Both the position numbers and the translations under genes were made by a program. This document shows positions 51,008-61,028 of a DNA stretch of 64,000 bases, piece after piece (positions within the stretch are counted from its first letter, which is position 1; every line of letters begins with the position of its first letter). The stretch is from the NCBI GenBank assembly GCA_965216755.1, contig CBDCGL010000011.1, positions 2,016,001 through 2,080,000 on the forward strand, written 5' to 3'. The DNA comes from Alphaproteobacteria bacterium (lineage in GTDB: Bacteria; Pseudomonadota; Alphaproteobacteria; UBA7887). The notes under the pieces are model-generated. The model had not been told where the DNA came from. It saw only the letters and a program-made list of their open reading frames with translations, and did no database searches.

Positions 51008-52357
51008 ATGACACGACGACACAGTATCGGCCGCCGTCGTTTCATCGGTACAGCGACAGCGGTAGCGGCGGTCGCAATTGCGGCACCCTATGTCAAAACA
51101 ACCCATTCTGCTGGTCAATTGGCATTGGGCGTACAGGACCACTGGATACCCGGCGTCAACGACGTCGTTGCGCGAATTTGTAACGATTGGGGACGCGCGA
51201 ACAATGTCGGCATCAGCGTCGATTTCATCACTAGCGTCGGCAACAAACTGGCTTTGACGGCACAGGCGGAAGCGCGCGCGGGCATCGGCCACGACATCTA
51301 TCAAATGGGCTTATGGGGCCCCAGCATCCAAAGAACGAAGTTGGAACCCTTGGACGACGTCATTGCCGATATCGAAGCCTCTGTCGGCCCCATCGACGCC
51401 GCAGCGAAATACTGCTTCTACATTGATGGTGCGTGGCGTTCCTCACCCGTGGCCGTGATGGGGCAGACCCATGCTTTCAATAGCCGCATCGATCATTTTC
51501 GAGAATTCGCCGGCATCGACCTGACCGACATGTTTCCGGCCGGCCCCCGCGACGCCGACAAAACCGCGGCTTGGACCTATGATGGGCTTCTGTCCGCGGC
51601 TCAAAAGACTCACGCCGCGGGCCATGGATTTGGAGCGGCCTTGTCGCCGACTCCTGATGCCACATTTTGGCTTTCGCCCCTGTTTGCAGCGTTTGGCGCG
51701 GTATTGGTCGACGCCAATCGCGACATCACGGTGGACAGTGACGAAACGCGCGCCGTGCTCGCATATATGAAAGAACTCAGTCAGTTCATGCCCGACACGG
51801 TTTATGCGTGGGATGATGCCAGCAACAATCGTTGGATTCTCTCGGGCAACGGTTCCGCGGTGATCAATCCGCCAAGTCCCTGGGCAGTCGCGAAACGCGA
51901 CCGACCAGACATTGCACCGCTGATTTGGCATCACGATTTGCCTGCCGGTCCGCGTGGCCGGTTCCGCCATTTGATACCGAACGGTTGGGGCATTTGGCAC
52001 TTCTCGGAAAACAAGGAAGCCGCCAAGGATTTGCTACGCCATGTGGCACAACGACACATCGTGGAAGAACTCGTCACCGCCAGCAACGGATATGAAGCGA
52101 TTATTTTCGACTCGTTTCGTGATTTTGGTGTCGTCGAAGCCGCCGCGCCGCCCGCCGGTACCCTGTACAACTATCCGACACGCGGCGATGAACAGCTCAT
52201 TCTTTGCGGCACCCCAGCGCCCAACGACGTCGCGGCCCAAATCTTCACCCAGGGCATCTACGGCAATCTAGTTTCGCGTGTTACCGCCGACAACGAAACG
52301 TTTGACGATGCGATATTGTGGGCCGAAGACGAACTGGCGGGGCTCTTGCGCACCTGA
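51008..52357 (+). CDS. ABC extracellular solute-binding protein (family 1), Tat signal
   Basis: RRRFIG Tat motif; DHWIPG, AQAEARAG.GHD, AWDDASNNRW..SG...NPPS.WAVAKRD. Confidence 0.85.
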   Translation: MTRRHSIGRRRFIGTATAVAAVAIAAPYVKTTHSAGQLALGVQDHWIPGVNDVVARICNDWGRANNVGISVDFITSVGNKLALTAQAEARAGIGHDIYQMGLWGPSIQRTKLEPLDDVIADIEASVGPIDAAAKYCFYIDGAWRSSPVAVMGQTHAFNSRIDHFREFAGIDLTDMFPAGPRDADKTAAWTYDGLLSAAQKTHAAGHGFGAALSPTPDATFWLSPLFAAFGAVLVDANRDITVDSDETRAVLAYMKELSQFMPDTVYAWDDASNNRWILSGNGSAVINPPSPWAVAKRDRPDIAPLIWHHDLPAGPRGRFRHLIPNGWGIWHFSENKEAAKDLLRHVAQRHIVEELVTASNGYEAIIFDSFRDFGVVEAAAPPAGTLYNYPTRGDEQLILCGTPAPNDVAAQIFTQGIYGNLVSRVTADNETFDDAILWAEDELAGLLRT

Positions 52358-52417
52358 CCCGGATGCCACGCAGACCATAGCCACGCAATAATTTGCCGAA
52401 ACAGGGGAGATGCAGCC

Positions 52418-54091
52418 ATGGCCAGAATGTCGGGGGGTCGATTCATAGCGGAAACGTTTAAAAGTTACGGTATCACACACGTTTTCTTTATGCCGGTGAT
52501 CGCCCCCAGAGCTTTGTTGGAAATGGAGTCGCTCGGCATCAAACGAATCATGACCCATGGTGAAAAGCCTGCCGCCTACATGGCCGATGGTTATGCGCGG
52601 GTTAAACGCGGCGTCGGTATTTGCATGGCCCAATCGGTCGGTGCGGCAAACCTCGCCGCCGGTTTGCAGGATGCTTTTCTGGCCTGCACGCCCATCATCG
52701 CGATTACCGGGCGGCAAGTGCAGATCAATCAAAATCGCCACGCCTATCAAGAGATCGATCACATCAAACCCTACGACGCCGTCACCAAATACAACGTGCC
52801 GGTGACCGGATTGGATCAGCTTCCTTATGCCTTGCGGCATGCGTTTCGCGAGGCGACGACGGGAACACCCGGGCCGGTCCATTTGGACTTTGACGGATTC
52901 GTCGGCCAGCAAATCGCTGAACCGGAAGCCGACTTCGAGGTGATTGTCGAGGCCCCATTCACGCGGCTGCCGCCCTTCCGGCCGGAACCGGGGAAGGATC
53001 AGATTGAACACGCCGTGCGCCTACTCACCGAAGCGGCGCGCCCAGTCATTATCGCCGGCGGCGGGGTCGTCCAATCGGATGCCGGGCCGGAATTGGTCGC
53101 CATCGCGGAAAAGCTACAGATTCCGGTTGCCACGTCTCTCAACGCCAAAGAGACATTCCCCCACGATCACCCGCTCGCCGTTGGCGTGCCCGGTCAATAT
53201 TCGCGTGCCTGCGCTAACCAAACGGTCGCCGGGGCCGATTTGGTGTTTTTCGTTGGCAGCCACGCCGGCGGTCAAGTGACAAACGAATGGAACCTGCTGC
53301 GACCGGGCACGCCGGTCATGCAGCTCGATATCAACCCGTCGGAGTTGGGCCGTAACTTTGCACTGACTTTAGCGCTTCAGGGCGACGTCAAAGTGTCATT
53401 GGCCAAAATCATAGACCATGCAGAGGCGGTCACAACGCGCGCCGACTGGGTCGGCCGCGCCCAAGCCTTGGTCAAGACATGGCACGACGAGGTTTCGGTC
53501 CATCGAGACTCTGACGCGCTGCCCATGCGACCGGAACGTCTGTGTCGCGAGCTCTCCGACGCGCTCCCGCCCGATGCAATCCTGGTCTCCGACACCGGTC
53601 ATGCCGGCATTTGGACCGGAACCATGATCGACTTGAAACATCCGGGGCAAAGCTATGTGCGTTGTGCCGGATCGTTGGGATGGGGATTGCCTGCCGCGAT
53701 CGGTGCCAAATGTGCAGCGCCGCAGCGACCGGTGCTATGTTTCACCGGTGACGGCGGCATTTGGTATCACCTGAGCGAATTGGAAACAGCGGTAAAATAC
53801 GGCATTCATACTGTTACGATTGTCAACAACAACCATTCGCTCAATCAAGAAAAGGCTGTTAACGAACGCACATATGGCGGACAAACGCAAGGTTCCGATG
53901 ATTTGTGGGTCTTTCCTGATGCCGATTTCGCAAAAATCGGCGAGGCGATGGGCTGTTTTGGAATGACGGTGACCAAGCCCAGTGAACTGCCCCTAGCGCT
54001 GGAACAGGCTTTCGCCGCGAACAAGCCCGCGGTGATTGACGTCAAAACCGACATCGAGGGAATTGCGCCGCGCGCATGGCAACCGTCATGA
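52418..54091 (+). CDS. ThDP-dependent enzyme (acetolactate synthase-like)
   Basis: HGE..AAYMADGYAR, GAANL, PGPVHL, GSLGWG.PAAIGA, GDGG...NN motif. Confidence 0.9.
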   Translation: MARMSGGRFIAETFKSYGITHVFFMPVIAPRALLEMESLGIKRIMTHGEKPAAYMADGYARVKRGVGICMAQSVGAANLAAGLQDAFLACTPIIAITGRQVQINQNRHAYQEIDHIKPYDAVTKYNVPVTGLDQLPYALRHAFREATTGTPGPVHLDFDGFVGQQIAEPEADFEVIVEAPFTRLPPFRPEPGKDQIEHAVRLLTEAARPVIIAGGGVVQSDAGPELVAIAEKLQIPVATSLNAKETFPHDHPLAVGVPGQYSRACANQTVAGADLVFFVGSHAGGQVTNEWNLLRPGTPVMQLDINPSELGRNFALTLALQGDVKVSLAKIIDHAEAVTTRADWVGRAQALVKTWHDEVSVHRDSDALPMRPERLCRELSDALPPDAILVSDTGHAGIWTGTMIDLKHPGQSYVRCAGSLGWGLPAAIGAKCAAPQRPVLCFTGDGGIWYHLSELETAVKYGIHTVTIVNNNHSLNQEKAVNERTYGGQTQGSDDLWVFPDADFAKIGEAMGCFGMTVTKPSELPLALEQAFAANKPAVIDVKTDIEGIAPRAWQPS

Positions 54092-54912
54092 CCCGATGCG
54101 ACCGTCTAAAGAACAAGGCCGCGATTGTCACCGGCGCTGGTAAGCGCGGTGACTTGACGGGCACCGGCGAGGCGATATCCGTGTTGATGGCACGCGCCGG
54201 CGCTTCCGTATTGCTCGTCGACATGGATGTATTGCGCGCACGCAGAACATTGACCGCGATTGAGTCGGAAGGTGGTCGGGCCACCCTCTTCGAGGGCGAC
54301 GTCACCCGCGAACAGGATTGCCAGGCGATGGTCGCGGCGTGCGTGGCGAAATTCGGCGGGCTGGATATTTTGGTCAATAATGTCGCCACCGGCGGCACTG
54401 GCGTCGTTACGGATATAGATGTCGATGACTGGGATCGCACAATGGACATCAATCTGAAAAGCATGATGTTGTCCTGCAAATGTGCGGTGCCGCATATGGC
54501 CGCGAACGGCGGCGGGGCGATCATCAACATCGCATCGATCGACGGCATGCGAGCTGGTTGGGCGCGGAACGTCCCGTATAGCGTCTCCAAGGCCGGCGCC
54601 ATTTCGCTGACACAAGTCTTGGCCGTGCACCACGGACGCGACAAGATTCGTGTCAATTGCATCGCGCCAGGGCATATTTATGCGCCTTTTGTCAGCGCCA
54701 TCTCCGACACAAAGCGAGAGCAAAGACGTCGGGCCGGCCCGCTAGGCAGCGAAGGCAACGCTTGGGATGTCGCTTGGGCGGCCGTGTTTTTGGCCAGCGA
54801 AGAAGCACGTTGGATCTCCGGTGTCGTATTGCCAATCGATGCCGGACTGCTGGCGGCGACGCCGCTGGCGGTCTTCGACAACATCCTTGAAGGCAATGAT
54901 AAACACGTATAG
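54088..54912 (+). CDS. Short-chain dehydrogenase/reductase
   Basis: VTGAG, LDILVNN, YSVSK, RVNCIAPG; ATGA overlap with the upstream gene. Confidence 0.9.
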   Translation: MTRCDRLKNKAAIVTGAGKRGDLTGTGEAISVLMARAGASVLLVDMDVLRARRTLTAIESEGGRATLFEGDVTREQDCQAMVAACVAKFGGLDILVNNVATGGTGVVTDIDVDDWDRTMDINLKSMMLSCKCAVPHMAANGGGAIINIASIDGMRAGWARNVPYSVSKAGAISLTQVLAVHHGRDKIRVNCIAPGHIYAPFVSAISDTKREQRRRAGPLGSEGNAWDVAWAAVFLASEEARWISGVVLPIDAGLLAATPLAVFDNILEGNDKHV

Positions 54913-55746
54913 GTGGCGCAGATGGCGCACAAGTATCAGCCTGGCTTGATGTACCGCATGCCGATCGGCTACGGCCCGGCGATGGGCCCCCGGCAAGGAC
55001 CGGAGGGGCGCAAATTCTCGTGTGAAGACAATCCCAAAACGACGTCTCTGGCCGTGTCCTATCGCAGCGATGCCGCGCAGATTCAGGCTCTGTTGCCCGA
55101 GGGATTTGAACTCGATGGAGATCCCGTCGTTACTGTGCAAGCCAGTTACATGAAAGAGATCGAATGGCTGGCCGGGCGTGGCTACAACACCCTCGGCGTG
55201 ACATTCCCTGCCATGTATCAAGGCCGCGGCGAGAGTGTACGCGGCCCGTTCCTCAGCGTACTTTGGGAAAATCTAGCGGATCCCATTATTACCGGCCGCG
55301 AAGAACTCGGCTTCGCCAAAGTCTACTGCGAGTTGCCGGAACCCGACTTAGCGAGCGCCTCCGCACGCGCGACGGCAGGGTGGCAGGGGTTCGATTTCAT
55401 GAACATGGCCCTCAGCAACCTGCAGCGACGAGACCCGCCACCAGCCCCCAACAAGCCGATTGATGGCACTTTGCACTACAAATATATGCCACGCACCGGA
55501 TTTTGGACTGAACCGGATACGGCCTATGCGGTGTTAACACCCGCGCACACACCGAACCGAAAAATCGTTGAACGTTGGTCGGGCGATGGCACTGTTGCGT
55601 GGACTCGCGCCCGTTGGCAGGATTTGCCGACGCTCTACCCGATCGTCAACGCACTCGCGGACCTAGAGATCGTCGAGATCCTGTCGGCCACCTTAACCAA
55701 GACTATCGGCGGCAAGGATCTCAGCGATCAGAGAATTGTAGAATAG
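54913..55746 (+). CDS. Acetoacetate decarboxylase-like superfamily protein
   Basis: YRMP..GP..GPRQ, WLAGRGY, LWENLADPIITGREELGFAK (Schiff-base Lys position). Confidence 0.8.
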   Translation: MAQMAHKYQPGLMYRMPIGYGPAMGPRQGPEGRKFSCEDNPKTTSLAVSYRSDAAQIQALLPEGFELDGDPVVTVQASYMKEIEWLAGRGYNTLGVTFPAMYQGRGESVRGPFLSVLWENLADPIITGREELGFAKVYCELPEPDLASASARATAGWQGFDFMNMALSNLQRRDPPPAPNKPIDGTLHYKYMPRTGFWTEPDTAYAVLTPAHTPNRKIVERWSGDGTVAWTRARWQDLPTLYPIVNALADLEIVEILSATLTKTIGGKDLSDQRIVE

Positions 55747-55769
55747 TGCACCCACCATATGTGCATCAG

Positions 55770-56534
55770 TCAGTGCGCATATTGTCGGTTGAGACGCTGC
55801 ATGCCCCTGATCCAACGATCGTAGTCTTCGGTTTTCCGACGCATATACGTTAGCACTTGCGGATGCGGCAAGACCAAGAACTGCTCGGCCTCGATCGCCC
55901 TGACGCAAGCGTCGGCGACCGCTTCGGGTTCGAGCATACCATCAATGCTTGCCACCGCATCTTCGTGACCGGCGGTCATGGCCGTGCGCACGGCTTGCGG
56001 GCACAGCACCGAGACTTTGATACCCTGATCGCCATAGGTGATCGCCAACCACTCGGCAAGGCCAACGGCCGCATGTTTGGTCACCGCATAGGGTGCCGAA
56101 CCAATCTGTGATAACACGCCGGCGGCCGATGCTGTGTTGAGCAAGTACCCGCCACCGCGTTCGATCATACGCGGTACGACATAGCGCGCCGCGAGCACAT
56201 GGGCCATCACATTGATGTCCCAAATTCGCTGCCACTGATCATTGCCGACGTCCGGGCCGCCGGGGATAGAGATTCCGGCATTGGAACAGAAAAGGTCGAT
56301 GGGGCCAATATCGCTCTCAACACGCTCGACAAGCTCGTGGATCTCGTCCTCGTCCGCGACGTCAACCCGGCGCGCAATTCCACCACATTGTGCCGCTACC
56401 GCCGACGCGCCATCGCCGTCTCGATCGACACAAACAACGTTTCGCACGCCTTCGGCACGAGCCCGGTGTGCCAGCGCGCGACCAATCCCGCTCGCCGCAC
56501 CGGTCACGACAACATTGCGGCCTGTCAGTTTCAT
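55770..56534 (-). CDS. Short-chain dehydrogenase/reductase
   Basis: VTGAASGIG, SNAGI, TASAAG, YAVTKHA. Confidence 0.9.
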   Translation of the reverse strand: MKLTGRNVVVTGAASGIGRALAHRARAEGVRNVVCVDRDGDGASAVAAQCGGIARRVDVADEDEIHELVERVESDIGPIDLFCSNAGISIPGGPDVGNDQWQRIWDINVMAHVLAARYVVPRMIERGGGYLLNTASAAGVLSQIGSAPYAVTKHAAVGLAEWLAITYGDQGIKVSVLCPQAVRTAMTAGHEDAVASIDGMLEPEAVADACVRAIEAEQFLVLPHPQVLTYMRRKTEDYDRWIRGMQRLNRQYAH

Positions 56535-56607
56535 GGATGCTCGCCTTTTCTCAATCCCGGCCTCGCAAATACACACACGCGCGGCACGGTGCCATCAAGT
56601 GGAATCC

Positions 56608-57426
56608 TTACATCAGCGCGCCGCCAACATTGATCGCTTGTCCAGTCAAGTAGTCAGACTCTGGTGAAGCCAGCCATGCCGCGGTTCGCGCGATATCCTC
56701 CCCTTGGGCGACGCGGCCCAGGGGATTTGCCTTGGTCGCACGGGCAATCATTCGCGTCCGCATTTCGTCAACGCTCTGATCGTCCGGTTTAATGGCCTCG
56801 GCAATACCATACACCCGTTCGGTGTCGACCAAACCAGGGCAAATCGCATTGACGTTGATCTTATGCGGTCCCAGCTCATGCGCGAGCGATTGGGTCAGTC
56901 CAATCACGGCGAATTTCGACGCGCAATACGCGGCGAACTTTGCCACGCCGCGTTTGCCGGCAATCGATGAAATGTTGATAATCTTGCCACCGTCACCGCG
57001 ATCGATCATATGGCGCGCCACCGTGCGGCAACACAAAAACGTGCCCTTCACGTTAACCGCCTGCACTTTGTCGAACGCCGCTTCGTCAAGTTCCACAAGT
57101 GGTACGCGATCAGGCCCTGCGGGCGCCCCGGCATTGTTGACCAAGATATCGATCCGACCGAATGCCGCTAGCGCCCGATCAACCATGCGCTGCACGTCCT
57201 CAGCGTTGGATACATCGCCGGTCGCCGCCACCGCGCGCCGTCCGGTCGCTTCGACTTCAGCCACGACCGCCGCAACGCCACCCCAGCCTGCGCAACCGCC
57301 TTCGGTCAGATCGTTGACGACCACGGTCGCACCCTCCGCCGCCAGCCGCACCGCTATGGCACGACCAATGCCGTGCTCGCCGCCCGCACCCGTCACCAAC
57401 GCCACTTGTCCGTCAAGTCCGTACAC
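56608..57426 (-). CDS. Short-chain dehydrogenase/reductase
   Basis: VTGAGG..GIG, LVNNAG, ISS.AG, YCASK, VNAICPG. Confidence 0.9.
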   Translation of the reverse strand: MYGLDGQVALVTGAGGEHGIGRAIAVRLAAEGATVVVNDLTEGGCAGWGGVAAVVAEVEATGRRAVAATGDVSNAEDVQRMVDRALAAFGRIDILVNNAGAPAGPDRVPLVELDEAAFDKVQAVNVKGTFLCCRTVARHMIDRGDGGKIINISSIAGKRGVAKFAAYCASKFAVIGLTQSLAHELGPHKINVNAICPGLVDTERVYGIAEAIKPDDQSVDEMRTRMIARATKANPLGRVAQGEDIARTAAWLASPESDYLTGQAINVGGALM

Positions 57427-57448
57427 GCTCCCCCCCCCAACGGCTGTA

Positions 57449-58534
57449 TCAATCCCGATAGGGATAGTCCCGGAACAACTCGGGTTTGAAATCTAGACCC
57501 AAGCCAGGACCGCTCGGCGGTACCAAGAAACCGTTTTCTGGCATCAGTGGTTGCACCCAAAGGTGATCGTACCAACCCATATATTCCAACCACGATGGAT
57601 TCGGGATCGAAGCCACCAAATGAGAACTCAGTTCTGGAAACACGTGCGGCGCGATCTTTAGACCTGCGCGATCGGCATGATCGGCAATCACGCGCAGTTC
57701 CGTATATCCGCCGCGCATCACGTCCGGCTGCAAGATCGGAATCTTACCGCTGGCAAAGAACGGTTTGAAGTCGTGGTGTGTGAAGTTGTTTTCGCCGCCG
57801 ACTACCGGTGTTTGAATGGCTTCGGCAATCTTATGGTAGCCGTCGAAGTCATCCGCCATAACCGGCTCTTCCAGCCAGCCGATACCGAATTGGTCCAGCT
57901 GTCGGCCGACCGTGATGGCCTCGTCAACCGTCCAGCCCTGATTCACGTCGACCAGAATGCCGATGTCGTCGCCAAGCGCCGCGCGCATGTCGCGCACATT
58001 GATCACATCCTCTTCATGCGTGAATTGATGGGCCACCTGCATCTTGATCGTCGTAAACCCTTGGGCAAGGTAACGCTCAGCCTTTTCGATCATGCCGTCA
58101 TGGCCCAGCCCTCGGAAACAACCCGAACCATAAATGGGCAACGGATCGGGTTGACCGCCCCACAGTTGCCACAGTGGTTTCATTTGGGCGCGCCCAACTG
58201 CGTCCCACAGCGCCATATCCACGGCCGACATGGCCATGACAGTGATCCCCATACGGCCCTGGATGAACGTGGCATTCCACATTTTGCGCCACAGTGCCGG
58301 CACGTCATCGGCGGCTTCGGCGATCAGCAGCGGCTTGAGCATCTCGTGGATGCACATTTCGATTGTACGCAGTCCGCCAGCAAGAGGATGCAAATGCCCG
58401 GTGCCGACGATGCCTGAATCCATCTCGATCTCGACAATCACGAGATCGATTTTCTCGAGCGTTAGAAACCCGGTTTTCGGCGGGTCGACAAAGGGCACCG
58501 CAAGCAAGTGTGTACGAATATCTTTGATCTTCAT
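57449..58534 (-). CDS. Mandelate racemase/muconate lactonizing enzyme family protein
   Basis: SAVDMALWD, metal ligands VDVN / WLEEP / GGEN, QPD and APH. Confidence 0.9.
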   Translation of the reverse strand: MKIKDIRTHLLAVPFVDPPKTGFLTLEKIDLVIVEIEMDSGIVGTGHLHPLAGGLRTIEMCIHEMLKPLLIAEAADDVPALWRKMWNATFIQGRMGITVMAMSAVDMALWDAVGRAQMKPLWQLWGGQPDPLPIYGSGCFRGLGHDGMIEKAERYLAQGFTTIKMQVAHQFTHEEDVINVRDMRAALGDDIGILVDVNQGWTVDEAITVGRQLDQFGIGWLEEPVMADDFDGYHKIAEAIQTPVVGGENNFTHHDFKPFFASGKIPILQPDVMRGGYTELRVIADHADRAGLKIAPHVFPELSSHLVASIPNPSWLEYMGWYDHLWVQPLMPENGFLVPPSGPGLGLDFKPELFRDYPYRD

Positions 58535-58550
58535 GGTTGCTTCCCTATCC

Positions 58551-58578
58551 CTAGAGCGGTGTCCGACAATATTGAACC
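58551..58578 (+). repeat. Solo copy of the MITE terminal inverted repeat
   Basis: CTAGAGCGGTGTCCGACAATATTGAACC; 26/28 identical to the reverse complement of 59950-59977. Confidence 0.75.
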
Positions 58579-58599
58579 GTGTACCGGTCGCTCGCTCGG

Positions 58600-59676
58600 T
58601 TAGGTGAGCAACGGTGCCCCATCCGCGCGGCGTTGCCGCGGTCGTCGGTCGCGGTGTGTCAGCATGTCGGCCGCCGTCCACCCCAATTGCCCATGCCGAC
58701 CGATTCCATAGCGCACGATTGATTCGTCGGAAAATTTTCGGATATCCGGCAGATCCAGCCAGATACGCATTAAGACACGCCGGCGGGCCATGTCAGGTTC
58801 TACGCGATGCGCGGCGCGGCCGTGCAGCACCGTGTAATTATTGCAAAATTGGATATCGCCGGCACCAAACGAAAATGCGAACCGTGCCTCATGTGCGACG
58901 GCGTCGAAGAACTCAAGCGCGTCCTTCTCATCCCTTGACAAGGAACGTTGACTGCGTTCGTACGCCGAAACGATCCAGTGTCTATTGTATCGACAACTGA
59001 CAATGCCATCAGTTTGACTGAACAAAGGGACACGATAACCTGTCGATGGAAGCTCGTCGACGCCATGCTCGTCCATACGGTCCCATTCGAAGCCGGCGTA
59101 AAGGCGATCCAACATCGACGGTTTGCGGCGCAAGATTTCATTGTACACCGTCATCGAACTTGCCACCCAACTTGGCGGGTCGTCGGGTGCCTGACGGACG
59201 CAAAGCAACGACACCACATCCATCAAATCCACGTGCAGTGGCGCCTCTTGGGGAAAGCCAACTCCGCGTTTCCCCTGACGGGGCCGGCGCGGCCCTTCGG
59301 TCACATAGTGGATTAGGCCGCCATCGGAATTTTGGCTGATGCCCGTGCCGACATGGCTGCACAAGCCCCAATACATCAGCTCGAGGTCTTCGAAGGAATA
59401 GTCCTCGACCGGAAATCCTTGCAGCAACGCAAAGCCCCGACCATCACGCAATTCATCAGCAACCCTGGCCAGCAATACAGTGACGCGCGGCAAGGGAAAA
59501 TCAGCGGCAGCAATCTCCGCAAGCGGCATTTCTCGTGCCTTGACGGCGGCTAGCGCCTCGGCCAGTTCGGCGCGATGAGCGGCGTTTAGGGTGTAACGCC
59601 ACGTTTCTTCACGCTCCAAGTCCGCCCCGCGCCATATGCTGGCGTCATCGATCGGCGTCATACGCATTTGGGTCAT
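58600..59676 (-). CDS. TauD/TfdA-family Fe(II)/2-oxoglutarate dioxygenase
   Basis: GRGFALL.G.P, HxD (LHVD), LLCVRQA, S..VYNE, GDIQFCNNY.VLHGR, R.L.R.W. Confidence 0.88.
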   Translation of the reverse strand: MTQMRMTPIDDASIWRGADLEREETWRYTLNAAHRAELAEALAAVKAREMPLAEIAAADFPLPRVTVLLARVADELRDGRGFALLQGFPVEDYSFEDLELMYWGLCSHVGTGISQNSDGGLIHYVTEGPRRPRQGKRGVGFPQEAPLHVDLMDVVSLLCVRQAPDDPPSWVASSMTVYNEILRRKPSMLDRLYAGFEWDRMDEHGVDELPSTGYRVPLFSQTDGIVSCRYNRHWIVSAYERSQRSLSRDEKDALEFFDAVAHEARFAFSFGAGDIQFCNNYTVLHGRAAHRVEPDMARRRVLMRIWLDLPDIRKFSDESIVRYGIGRHGQLGWTAADMLTHRDRRPRQRRADGAPLLT

Positions 59677-59677
59677 A

Positions 59678-59977
59678 AGAGCAGTGTCCGACAATATTGA
59701 ATCAATTCTGTTCGCCGCCCGGCGTGGCGATCCACGCGAAGGGCGGCGCCGCACGATGCCGGCGCATCGGGCAAGCCATCCGACCAATGTGGTCGTCCAC
59801 ATGGATTCCCATTGGGGAGCGCCCGCCGGTCGCGAACCCGCAGGGCCGGGCGCATTTTCGCCAATCTCGGCGTCGCTGTCCTTGGCTGTATATCCGATAC
59901 GCCCTGCCGACAGCGACTTGATCTTGGCGAAAATGCGCGCCGGCAGAATGGTTCAATATTGTTGGACACGGCTCTAG
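59678..59977. mobile_element. About 300-bp MITE-like element with ~33-bp terminal inverted repeats
   Basis: Left AGAGCAGTGTCCGACAATATTGAATCAATTCTG; right CAGAATGGTTCAATATTGTTGGACACGGCTCTAG. Internal hairpin: GCGCATTTTCGCCAA/TTGGCGAAAATGCGC (15 bp) enclosing GTCGCTGTC/GACAGCGAC. Confidence 0.7.
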
Positions 59978-60187
59978 CATCCTCCGCAGTCTTACGTCCA
60001 TTGTCGAAGGCCCTAAACCACGATCATGATGGATCGCGCGCCCGACATCACCTGCCGATCTTGCATGCCTTTGACGCGAGCACGGTTAGGGTCGGTGTGG
60101 CGCGCGGTTTCGGGTCATCCGCCTGGTCCAAACCGCACGTCGATATCACCGCGCAGTGGGGTATAGTGGCGCCGTGAGGCATGTGAG

Positions 60188-60472
60188 ATGGAGACAAGTG
60201 CGATGGACGAAGTCAGCTTCAAACAGGCTCGCGAAGCCGAAGGTTATTCGGTATTCAAAGTCGTTAGGTGGGATCCGGATACGGTCAACGCCGTGCACAC
60301 CCACGATTTCGGCGCCCACATACTCGTTCTCGACGGCGAAATCACGGTGGTTACCGAAGATGGCCAGTCAACGATTTGTCGCGCTGGCGATACCTTCGCT
60401 TTGAACAGCGGCATACCCCACGCGGAAACCGTCGGACCGAACGGCGTGAAGATACTGAGCGCGCGCAAATAG
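60188..60472 (+). CDS. Small cupin-domain protein
   Basis: HTHDF...VLDGEI...GDTF.....PHAE.VG..G. Confidence 0.8.
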   Translation: METSAMDEVSFKQAREAEGYSVFKVVRWDPDTVNAVHTHDFGAHILVLDGEITVVTEDGQSTICRAGDTFALNSGIPHAETVGPNGVKILSARK

Positions 60473-61028
60473 GCGCGCCGCAAGTCGGAAAGGACCGGGA
60501 CGCCCAAGAAAAATGACGGCCGGGCCACTTCCGTCAGCGGGAGTCACGGAAATATGGCCCGGCCTCGGTCGTGGCAACAGTCTTGCACCGGGAGTGGAGT
60601 CAGGAGACTGAGATCAAGTAAGGCGAAGCGCCTGCGCCTCGCCACGAACAACGTTATCTGAGATTCGCGCAAGTTTGGTTGGGCATCGGAAAATCAATCG
60701 CGCGGTAATCCAGACAACGACGATGTTCATCGCGCTGCCGCTTACACGTTTGTGGTAGTCATCGTAGACATTTTTTGGCTTTCATTCGGCCATTGACGGA
60801 GCGCGGCAGGCCCCTCGAACGCGCCCCAACGCGAGACCGCGATATCGAGAAAGTCGCCTTGCGCACGATGTCCATGGCCTTCGTTCATCCCTTTAGGTGC
60901 CTCCCGGTTCGGCCAATGCCTTGAGAACTCCGAACCAACGATGCCACGACGTTGTGCAAGGTGAGTGAAATGACCGCAAGAAAAATGCAATTGAAATGTA
61001 AGGACAAAATTAAAACGCGGTTCGAACC

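Noticed and set aside
60742-60990. Small ORF with an SRW motif downstream of the response regulator
   Set aside because: No clear RBS or recognisable family; cannot be supported.
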